From assembly GCA_963779615.1 (NCBI GenBank), contig CAVZZA010000004.1, positions 64,001 to 128,000 on the forward strand: 64,000 nt of DNA, read 5' to 3'. Shown here in pieces: positions 43,626 to 52,601 of the stretch (positions are counted from its first letter, which is position 1; every line of letters begins with the position of its first letter). Below the pieces are notes generated by a model. That model had not been told where the DNA came from. It saw only the letters and a program-made list of their open reading frames with translations, and made no database searches. Origin of the DNA: an uncultured Nitrososphaeraceae archaeon. Its GTDB lineage: Archaea; Thermoproteota; Nitrososphaeria; Nitrososphaerales; Nitrososphaeraceae. The position numbers and the translations under genes are program-made.

Positions 43626-43848
43626 ACCCGCTTGCTGCGGCATTTCTGTCTTCCCCCTTTTTCTCTAAATAAGCAAATGCTAAATAAAATCCAGAACAAA
43701 TGACAAGCCAATTCGTTTGGAACCAGTAAAAAAATGGCAACCCAAAAATGCTTGGTATTTCTTTGTCATAAAGAGGAACTAGGAGATTAACTGTAGATGG
43801 AATTAATATCGAGGCGACCAAAAAAATATCTCTAGATTTGATATTCAT
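43600..43848 (-). CDS. DUF3311 small membrane protein
   Basis: VPLYDKEIPSIFGLPFFYWFQTNW. Confidence 0.85.
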   Translation of the reverse strand: MNIKSRDIFLVASILIPSTVNLLVPLYDKEIPSIFGLPFFYWFQTNWLVICSGFYLAFAYLEKKGEDRNAAASGCINSIDWI

Positions 43849-44098
43849 GAATTTTGGGCATTATTGTCAACATACAAATATTTTGGATGTTCTTTCAAAA
43901 TGACTTTCTGTGTTACATAATCATTAAAAGGATTGTTTTCGCAATTTATTTATCTGTTTTGGTAACATTGAAGGTACCGTTTTAATCTGTATTTGCTGTT
44001 ATTATGACCGAGAATCAAGATCAGGTTTATATTTTTGTTAGGCTAACCGAACTGTGTCTACATTCATTCTAAAAATGATTTGTAGAATATCATCCCTT

Positions 44099-44145
44099 AA
44101 GGGACTTGCAATAAGGGTCTAACCCACCTTTTATTGCAAGCCCTT
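44099..44145. repeat. Inverted repeat / hairpin
   Basis: AAGGG-a-CTTGCAATAA...TTATTGCAAG-CCCTT, 15 paired bases with one bulge. Confidence 0.7.
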
Positions 44146-44630
44146 TCACATCTTTTTTAGTGATTCCTGTTTTTCAATATATAATTTCATTCATATAAAT
44201 AACAATCAAATCATAAGCATAACAAGATCAACCTTTATGATAATTGTGATTGCCCAATAGTAGACACCAAATAAATAACTGGCTCTGTTAACTTAATCAT
44301 TTTTAATTCCTTGATTTTCCATAAATATTTAAATTGAATGATTATGCGTTGCTCTGCGTATGGTTATTGGGTTATGGATTATGGTTTACATAATAATGAG
44401 TAGTATCAAACTAATCGGAATTCTCCAGAGGCAGACTATGAAGGTAAAGTAAATCTTATTGTAACTTAAATTCCAAAATAGCATTTTAATATTTTTGGCA
44501 GTGTTTAATCACCGACTGGAATGTATCAGGACAATAATCTGTCCTAAATGTGATAAACTCATATTAACCACACGATGATATACCCATTAACACAAAATTG
44601 CTTAAATATCACCCAAATATCTAAATCATA

Positions 44631-44939
44631 ATGATAAAATCAAATTCTGTTGTAAAACTGTCAGCAATAGCTGCGTTGATTTTTGGAATGGCAGTAGGAC
44701 CCTTGATGTCTGTAAATACTACAGCTAATGCACAGCCTGCTAACTGCCGTGAGAATTGGGGTGTCTATTATTGTGATGGTTATGTTTTAGGTAAATATGA
44801 CTGTGATCAGAAATATTCCTATCGTGACAAAGCTACCGCTTACAAAGAAGCATGGAAGGATAATACATACAAAGAACAATGGTGGAAGGGATACAGCGAG
44901 GGTTGGACTAAATCTGGTTGTGGTGAGCGGACAAAGTAG
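44631..44939 (+). CDS. Small secreted 4-Cys aromatic-rich protein; probable true end at 45000 after a frameshift
   Basis: Signal peptide ending ANA; TATA-like TTAAATA at 44602-44608; (SGQS)5-YGGY* follows in the +1 frame. Confidence 0.75.
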   Translation: MIKSNSVVKLSAIAALIFGMAVGPLMSVNTTANAQPANCRENWGVYYCDGYVLGKYDCDQKYSYRDKATAYKEAWKDNTYKEQWWKGYSEGWTKSGCGERTK

Positions 44940-44985
44940 CGGACAAAGTAGCGGACAAAGTAGCGGACAAAGTAGCGGACAAAGT
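44926..44985 (+). repeat. Perfect tandem repeat, 5 x AGCGGACAAAGT
   Basis: Read directly from the sequence. Confidence 0.97.
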
Positions 44986-45569
44986 TACGGCGGCTATTAA
45001 CCAAATTATATTAATAGAAACTAATTATTTTGCTGTCATCAAATAATTTTTTTGAAAACTGCTTAGAAATTAGAAAATAATTTGTTTTGTTTCATATCTG
45101 AATATTATATCTACTAAGGGAACGATTAGTATTATGATAGAAACGATTGCTGTCCCAATGTTATTGAAAAAAACTTATGGTAATGCTGGAGCCGAACGTT
45201 ATGATGGAGGAGACTAAATAATTTAATTTTTTTAAAGGGCATATTTTATAATACTTTTAGATGAGTGAATTATGTATTTAATTTTTCATTACGTTGGTGA
45301 ATTAAACTTGCCTAACTGAACCAGGCAAATCTTTAAAACACAACTTTGAAACAGGATCAAATTAAAAGGCCAGTTTAGTTGTTTTATTTTGTTTATGCAC
45401 CCAAGAAAATGATGAATCAACATTTCATTATTTAAGAAAGATATTTTCTATTTCATTTGTATAAATTAACAATGCAATGAAATTCCATCTAGTTTGATAT
45501 TCACTTTCATGTTGAAGATGTCAATACCAAAACGGAATCTTCACATGTTTTTGTTTTGTCTGTTTGACC

Positions 45570-46094
45570 CTATTCCTGGTTAGTGTCGATGGCATCATTT
45601 GCTGGAAGATTTAATGTAGGTCCAAAGGTATTTCCGTTATCTTTGCTTATCCTCATGACTGGTTCATTTGATGTTTGATTCTTTTCCCACCATGTAACAA
45701 AGACGTTGTCTCCTGAAGCCACTATTTCAGGATTGATTGAATCAAACATGGTGGAATTACTCAAATTTACCTTCTGTGAGAATAGATTTCCATTATCGTT
45801 ACTAATTCTTATCATTACTTCCCAATTTCCAGTTTTGTTGCTCAACCATACAACGTATACGTTGTCATCCGATACGACCATGGGTGCAAGTAAAAGGGGA
45901 GTTATCTCAAGATCCCCCACATCAAGCTCTCCCGATGCTGATTGTAGGGAGGCCAGGGATGATATTAATACCACTGATAACAGTATTGCTACTAATGAGA
46001 TTGCCAATTGCATTGCACCTCGGATAGAGGTAAATTTATTCATTTGAAAGGGTGAGGGAAAGAGTAATAAAGATATTTTGTTGCTCACATTCAA
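45570..46094 (-). CDS. Secreted BNR/sialidase-like repeat protein
   Basis: Hydrophobic leader; NVYVVW...SNDNGNLF, NVFVTW...SKDNGNTFG. Confidence 0.8.
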   Translation of the reverse strand: MNVSNKISLLLFPSPFQMNKFTSIRGAMQLAISLVAILLSVVLISSLASLQSASGELDVGDLEITPLLLAPMVVSDDNVYVVWLSNKTGNWEVMIRISNDNGNLFSQKVNLSNSTMFDSINPEIVASGDNVFVTWWEKNQTSNEPVMRISKDNGNTFGPTLNLPANDAIDTNQE

Positions 46095-46103
46095 GGTTAT
46101 GTG

Positions 46104-47300
46104 CTACTTTTCAATAGGGGCGCCGCTTTTCTTGCGATTCTTCAGGTAGTCAAAAATGTATGTTGATAATCCACCTACAAAACCGGCCCCCATTAGTGAT
46201 ATTAGAGCACCGTATGCACTCCAGAAATCCTTAATCTGTTCTGCCGTTGTAGGAGGTTTCATTACCGACAACGACAGGTTTGCCTGCTGGGTGATAAACC
46301 CTTGAGTTGGCACTGACAGATTAAAATTTGGGATATCAATGAATTTGGAAGGAAAGAGTGATCCTATTGATACATTCACCATTATAGGGATTGAGTACTG
46401 ACCAACTTGTGCATCATTTGGCACTTGTATCGTAAACTGTGTGGGCGCTACTCCAAATGAAGTAGAGGAGGAGCCGTTTGATGGCCTATCGGGGTTAACA
46501 ATTACTTTTATATCCGAATAATTCTGTGAGGGAATAAAACTCACATCTTGAGGTTGAAGGCCAGAGCTTGATTTCAACTGAACACCTATATCCATCCGTT
46601 CCCCTTGCCTTAGCACTAGAGGGCTTGGCAATGTTGAAAATGTATATGTTGATGGTGGAATGTCTATCCAGCTTGTAAGGTCTACAACACTTTTGGCATT
46701 ATTGTTGTATACCAATAAACTGTAGAACAACACTCTATACTTGGATGGAGATGTCATGGACTCTAAATCTAGTGGCAGGATAACATACTTTTGATTTACC
46801 ATGCTGTGATTTCTTTCCAGTTCTATAACCCTAAAGTGATCTGGGGAGGAGTACTCAAAAGTGTAGCTGCTCCACTTTTGGGTTTTGTTGCTCCATTGGA
46901 TTTCCTTTTGATAGTCAACTCCGAATTTTCCTGTTGTTGGATTGTTGTCTACATCAATCAATACTCCATACACCATATTACTCGCTCCTTCCGCCTTCGG
47001 AATTTTTGATACAACATCACCCAACCACAGCGTTGCGGTGAGATTTTTTCCATCACTAAAATAAGTGACTTTTTGGATGTCAGAAGAGTTATCCAATCTG
47101 TCCTTGTAGTCTGCTTTTGTTTGTGTATTTGCTGTTCCATTTACCTGAAGTCCATCTCTGATACCCACATTAAGTTCTTGGCGCGGGAATGATGCCAATT
47201 GGGCGCTAACATCATAACAAAAGGGAACGTTTATTTTGATCACAACCGCTAAAACAAATAGAGAAACTAAGCTACCGTATGATATCGAGGATTTTGGCAA
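46104..47300 (-). CDS. Surface protein with signal peptide, beta-sandwich domains and C-terminal TM anchor
   Basis: YGVLIDVDNNPTTG motif; Ig-like segment; FWSAYGALISLMGAGFVGG then KNRKK. Confidence 0.8.
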   Translation of the reverse strand: MPKSSISYGSLVSLFVLAVVIKINVPFCYDVSAQLASFPRQELNVGIRDGLQVNGTANTQTKADYKDRLDNSSDIQKVTYFSDGKNLTATLWLGDVVSKIPKAEGASNMVYGVLIDVDNNPTTGKFGVDYQKEIQWSNKTQKWSSYTFEYSSPDHFRVIELERNHSMVNQKYVILPLDLESMTSPSKYRVLFYSLLVYNNNAKSVVDLTSWIDIPPSTYTFSTLPSPLVLRQGERMDIGVQLKSSSGLQPQDVSFIPSQNYSDIKVIVNPDRPSNGSSSTSFGVAPTQFTIQVPNDAQVGQYSIPIMVNVSIGSLFPSKFIDIPNFNLSVPTQGFITQQANLSLSVMKPPTTAEQIKDFWSAYGALISLMGAGFVGGLSTYIFDYLKNRKKSGAPIEK

Positions 47301-47549
47301 AGGCTTATCTTAATACCATATGAATATCATATGCTAGATAACTCTTCTTTTTTCTGATACTTTCTCTTCTGTGAATAACCCGATTCCTTATCTCTATGTG
47401 AAACAAATGATGTCTTATTCCTTCCTGCACTGTATAGTCAAAATGGGAAATTCATATTTATTGATGATTTTTTTTGGTCAATACTTTTTTTATCGTTAAA
47501 AATAGGGCAGAAATTTTTATATGAGAATCCAAAATATACATATGATTTA

Positions 47550-47615
47550 TTCGAATCTCCCTACCTCCTCCCGCTTATCAGGCAGATTATTGCAACAATG
47601 TTAAAGATATCAAAT
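47550..47615 (+). repeat. Diverged copy of the tRNA-Ser 3' end plus downstream flank (att-like)
   Basis: TTCGAATC...CGCTTATC...TGCAACAATGTTAAAGATA versus 22961-23015 TTCGAATC...CGCTTATC...TGCAATAATGTTAAAAATA. Confidence 0.7.
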
Positions 47616-47745
47616 GACCATGAAACAGATAATAAAATTTTGCGATAGCACTCATGCTTACCTATCCAATTTTCATTAAAAGGGGCAGATAAACATTATA
47701 AATCATATGAATAGTATAAAAAATTGTTGAGTACCTCCTACTTTA

Positions 47746-48129
47746 TCATGTACTATTTAAAACTTTGTTAATCCGTTTTATTAATTCCTCGTTTTCTATA
47801 GGTTTTTGTATGAACAAATCCTTGTCTAATTTGTTAAACTCTTCTTTTCTATACTCTTCATAATATAACTCGCTTGCAGTTAAGAAGCATATCTTTATCT
47901 TGCCGTCTATTTTTTTTATCTCGTTGTATAGGGAAAAACCATCAAGTTTTGGCATTTTAATGTCAAACAATGCCAGATCGTAATGATTTGGCTTAAAAGC
48001 AGACAATGCCAAAAGAGGGTCATTAAACGTATCAACCTGAAATCCCTCATACTCCAAAAGCATATCGCAGGCTACAGTGAGGTCAGGCTCATCATCTACA
48101 ACTAAAATTTTTTTCTTTTTATTTTCCAT
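47746..48129 (-). CDS. Single-domain response regulator
   Basis: VVDDEPD, FDIKMPKLDG, LTA, IQKP; overlaps the kinase stop. Confidence 0.95.
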   Translation of the reverse strand: MENKKKKILVVDDEPDLTVACDMLLEYEGFQVDTFNDPLLALSAFKPNHYDLALFDIKMPKLDGFSLYNEIKKIDGKIKICFLTASELYYEEYRKEEFNKLDKDLFIQKPIENEELIKRINKVLNST

Positions 48130-50140
48130 CTTGGGTTACCTCAGAATAGTTATTGTTGTTTTCTATTTTGCTCAATGGTAGGCTTAGCGTAAGTGTGACT
48201 CCTTTGCAATCAGTGTTGTTTTCAGCGTATATTCTACCACCGTGTGCTTCAATAATGCTTTTAGATATATACAGCCCAAGACCTGATCCCGTTATGGATT
48301 TGGTAGTAAACTTGGTAAATAGAATTGGGAGTATTTCCTCGGGTATGCTGATTCCTGTATCCTTTATACTTATTATAACTTGATCCCTGCTATGATCCTC
48401 ATCCTGCATTTCCTTCTCTTTCTCCTCATTTCTTTCTATTTTTACTTTTAGATGAATTGAACCCTCCACTTCAATAAACTTGATAGAGTTATCCAATAGG
48501 TTAGAGATGACCTGAACCATTCTTTCTTTGTCTGCATAAACAAACAGGTCCTTTCCTTTAGGAAAATCAAGATATATCTCTATTTTTTTGGTTAAAGCCG
48601 TTTTTTTTACCTGCTCCCTGTATTCATCTATTGTGGAAGAAAGTAAATTGGTTACATTCAGAGTTTCTTTTTTCAATACCAATCGTTGATTCTCAATTTT
48701 GGTAACATCCAATATGTCGCCTATCAGTCTTTTTAGTCTTCTGGCATTTCTTTGAATTGACTCAATCACTATTTTCTTTTCCGGATGAATTGTCAATAAA
48801 TCTGCAAATGCCAAAATGGCCTGTGTAGGTGTTCTTAGTTCATGAGCTGCAATATTTATAAAGTCGCTTTTAAGTTTGTCCAGAAGACGTAGTTTTTCAT
48901 TAGCTTCCGTTAGGTGTTTTTCCTTTTCTCTTAAATCTTCAATTGCCTTTTCAAGATCCTCTGTTTTTTGATATACTAATTCCTGTAGATTTGTATTTGT
49001 ATAGTTTATTTTTTGCCTCATTTTGTCAAATTGAAACGCTAAATCTTTTATCTCATCCTTGTTGTTTTTTTTACCTTTATTTTCATCCAAGTCCAGATTG
49101 TCATTTTCATTTAAGATGATATCGAGATTGCCGTTTGCTATTTCCTTGGATGCGTCTCTTAACCTTATTATTGGCCTGGAAATTGATTTTCCTATAGCCA
49201 AAGATGCGATAATAACCAATAAGCTAATAATTGTTCCTGTAATTATAATCAAATACCTTAGGTTGTCTAGTGGAGCAAAAGCCTCTTTCTTGTCTACCTT
49301 TACTACTAATCCCCAATCTGGGGATTCCAGATACCTTGTTGCAGCTAAAACTGGCTCTCCTCTGTAGTCTAAAGTGTCTGTGATTATGTTTTCCTTCTTT
49401 AGGATTGTTGATTGAATTATTGGTGTATGGACTTCATTCTTGCTTACTTTGTAATTTAGAGGAGCATCTGGGACAAACCTCAATGGGCTTATCAATATTG
49501 CATCTCCATTTTTATCTTTTTTTGCCACATAAAAATCTCCAGTTTGTCCTAAACCTTCATAATTTTGGTGGGTAGAAAAAAAATTATTGGCTGCATCCGA
49601 TTCTATTGATGCCACTCCTATTGTCCTGCCGTTAAGTATCAACGGCCCTGCAAGGTACTCCATTATCGTGGTTGGGTTTTCCTTATCCTTAAAAATGATT
49701 GTGACTTCATTATGTTTTAGTCCCTTTAGAAAATACTCTTCCTTTGATTTGTTACTGCCTATTTCTGCTTTGTCTGTAGATGCAACTACTTTTCCATTTG
49801 TATCTAATATGGAGATGTCTTTGAAACTTTTTATTTCTGATTTTGCAGCCTCCACTAGATTGTTTATGAAGTGCTGTGATTGATTTGAATTTTTTTTGTT
49901 ATATTGGTCCAATTCTATTTTTAACTGAACCCTATTTGTAAACATAACTAATCTTTCAACGTTTTGGTCTAACATGTTTTGAACTCTGTTCTTTTGGATT
50001 GAGGCAATCGTACTAAGATTATTTAGGGTTTCATTTTTGATGAATTGTTCAGTTTGTAAATATATTAATACCGCAAATATACATAATGGAAGAATTGAAA
50101 TAGTTAAAAATACAACAATTAGTTTTGTTGTAATTAACAT
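48119..50140 (-). CDS. Sensor histidine kinase (TM-Cache-TM-HAMP-HisKA-HATPase)
   Basis: AAHELRTP, NLLDNSIKF, DTGISI, GSGLGLYI. Confidence 0.95.
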   Translation of the reverse strand: MLITTKLIVVFLTISILPLCIFAVLIYLQTEQFIKNETLNNLSTIASIQKNRVQNMLDQNVERLVMFTNRVQLKIELDQYNKKNSNQSQHFINNLVEAAKSEIKSFKDISILDTNGKVVASTDKAEIGSNKSKEEYFLKGLKHNEVTIIFKDKENPTTIMEYLAGPLILNGRTIGVASIESDAANNFFSTHQNYEGLGQTGDFYVAKKDKNGDAILISPLRFVPDAPLNYKVSKNEVHTPIIQSTILKKENIITDTLDYRGEPVLAATRYLESPDWGLVVKVDKKEAFAPLDNLRYLIIITGTIISLLVIIASLAIGKSISRPIIRLRDASKEIANGNLDIILNENDNLDLDENKGKKNNKDEIKDLAFQFDKMRQKINYTNTNLQELVYQKTEDLEKAIEDLREKEKHLTEANEKLRLLDKLKSDFINIAAHELRTPTQAILAFADLLTIHPEKKIVIESIQRNARRLKRLIGDILDVTKIENQRLVLKKETLNVTNLLSSTIDEYREQVKKTALTKKIEIYLDFPKGKDLFVYADKERMVQVISNLLDNSIKFIEVEGSIHLKVKIERNEEKEKEMQDEDHSRDQVIISIKDTGISIPEEILPILFTKFTTKSITGSGLGLYISKSIIEAHGGRIYAENNTDCKGVTLTLSLPLSKIENNNNYSEVTQDGK

Positions 50141-50558
50141 AATTTCAATATAAATTAGAAGTAATTAACTTTTGACACACTCATTAACAAATCGCATAAA
50201 AATATTCTATTCTAATCTGCAGATTCTGAAATGTTATGTGTTTTTTGACAAGTTTATTTTTGTGGCTGTTGCTAAATATTGAAAGAACAGGATAGGGTAG
50301 ATACATTTAATGGCCATAATTACTAAAATTAAATAGGTGGCAATAAAAATTGATATTAGCTAAATTTTTCAAATAAAATAGCGCAAGTCCTGTTTTTTTA
50401 ATTTGTTAGAAAAAAAAGAAGACATTCTTAGGGTGCATATACTGCATGACAAACAATGGCTTTGAATTCTCATTAGGCTCAATGTTGTTAGTAGCTGCCT
50501 AACTTTGAGTGATCAGCATATTAAAAAATCTTAATAGAGTCTTCTGTGTTATTGATGT

Positions 50559-50837
50559 ATGAAACCTGTAGACAATGATTCATGTGAGCATATCCAAAGT
50601 GCCAATCAAGATATTGACGCAAAAACACCTGATGGTTGTGAGGAGTGCTTGCAGATGGGCTCTCCTTGGGTACATCTACGTCTCTGTTTAAACTGTGGAC
50701 ATGTGGGTTGTTGCGATTCTTCTCCAAATAAGCATGCCACAAAACATTTCCATCAAACTAAACATCCCGTGATCAAGTCATACCAGCCTGGTGAAAATTG
50801 GGAATGGTGTTTTATTGATGAAGTATTGGTAGAATAA
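50559..50837 (+). CDS. UBP-type zinc-finger protein
   Basis: CEECL...HLRLCLNCGHVGCCDSSPNKHATKHF...WCFID. Confidence 0.93.
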   Translation: MKPVDNDSCEHIQSANQDIDAKTPDGCEECLQMGSPWVHLRLCLNCGHVGCCDSSPNKHATKHFHQTKHPVIKSYQPGENWEWCFIDEVLVE

Positions 50838-50961
50838 TACAGAATAGCAACTACCCCGCATAGGCCAGTAAAATAATTAAAAAATAAATGACTTTTTATC
50901 GCACATTAATCATTGAATTCAAAATAAAAAATTTGATCAACTGGTAAAATACCTATATACT

Positions 50962-51065
50962 TAGAGCAGGCCCCAAAATTATCTTTCTGTGGATGATGAT
51001 ACAACATGGAAACTGTACCAAACCAAGATAGTTCTCTGCCATCTTTTCACATCCTGTGTACAGGC
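50962..51065 (-). mobile_element. IS5-family transposase C-terminal remnant with probable element end
   Basis: CEKMAENYLGLVQFPCCIIIHRKIILG matches the YEKKAENYLGLVQLACCII pattern; followed by GCTCTAA. Confidence 0.7.
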
Positions 51066-51507
51066 ATGCATCTCATCAGGCTGCAATGTGTCAAACACTT
51101 TGGCAGGTGTATGCCTGAAAGACTATTTTACGAAAACACAAAGACAAGGGATTGATGGAAAATACCTACATATAATCAAAACCTGCAACAACAACAAAGT
51201 CCTCATTCACTATCTCGCCACCGCCTTCTTTCAAGCTGTACCCACAACCGTCTTTTAGTGACTCTTTAGATAGATCTGGCACTTTAATCCCAAAAGCTTT
51301 AAAAGACAGAAAAAAATGGGATAAATTAACAGCATATCTGTTTGCTGTATGGATAATTTAACCTATTGATTCACAAGCCAACAAACAACCATGTTTTAAG
51401 TTAGTGGTGATCACAATTATGAATCAAATAAAAACTACTAATTTGTTACTTATGCGGATATACATTACCACTATGTTACAAACAAAAATTTGCATATGGA
51501 AATATCT

Positions 51508-52008
51508 CTATTGGTTAACATTTATCATTCCCACCATGGATGGATGATATATATACAGTAGTATTCAAAGTTACCCGCACTATTGAAGGTGTGGCTAAAT
51601 GATTGCCCTGGCTCGATATTCCCAGAATCAAATTCTACATTTTGAACTGAAGTGTCTTTGTTAGATCCTGAAGTTACCGTATGTTCTTCACGATGTTCAT
51701 TTGTCCATGTTATCGTATCTCCAATTTTGACATTTAATGGATTTGGACTGAATGACTTGGTTGGCTTTCTTTATTCCTATTATTTTTCCTTTGACGTCAT
51801 ATTTTCCTGCAAAGGCATTTGATCCACCCCTATCATAAAATTAATTGTTTGACTTTGGAGTAGACTTAGAGGTTAAACCAGAATTACTCTCTGCAAATAC
51901 TAGTTGTGACTTGTTTGCTGTTGTTGTTGTTGTAGGTGAAATCGGTGTGGTAAAAATTGTCATAATTATCAAAGACGAGATGAGCATTATTTTTCCATTT
52001 GATTTCAT
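51508..52008 (-). pseudogene. Secreted cupredoxin (plastocyanin-like) pseudogene
   Basis: Signal peptide, in-frame TAA, then FSPNPLNVKIGDTITWTN...HTVTSG...FDSG...YYCIY/HPSMVG with a 2-nt slip in an (AT)n run. Confidence 0.85.
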
Positions 52009-52601
52009 GTCGATGAGTATTTCTATATCTCATTATCATTACCTTATAGAATATCAGTATTTTTAATAAATCAAACCTATCAAAATCATACAATATTAAA
52101 TAAGAAATATACTCTAGGCCCTATTAGTATTTGAGTATTTAACAACACCGAAAAACTTCACAATAAAATCCTGGGAATGCATGGATAGGGAACTTGGAAC
52201 GAAAATAGAATCCGTTACCCTGCTTACCCTGGCAATAGTAGATTCCTTTAGTGCATGGCGACATTGAAACCTAATTTTTATATCATAATCGCAGCACGCA
52301 ATTTAACATATCAGTATATGAACGCATTGAAAATTGTGAAACCATAATACGAATATGGTTACCCAAGGTGTAATTCTTTGAATGTATTGTTTCGCAAATT
52401 TGTTTATGCTGCTGCATTTATATCCATGAATAATTAAAACAGAATGTTATTCTAGATATAAACAAACTAAATAATAAAAAGTTGGCGGCATCTATTCCTA
52501 ATTATTATCCTTTTTTTAGGATCATCTCATGTTAACCTTTGAAAAAAGGAAAATCTAATTTCACATAACGTTGACGATTATTTGGTTTATGTTTAAAATC
52601 A

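Noticed and set aside
44926-44985. Tandem repeat as a CRISPR array
   Set aside because: 12-bp units are contiguous with no spacers, and no cas genes are in the window.
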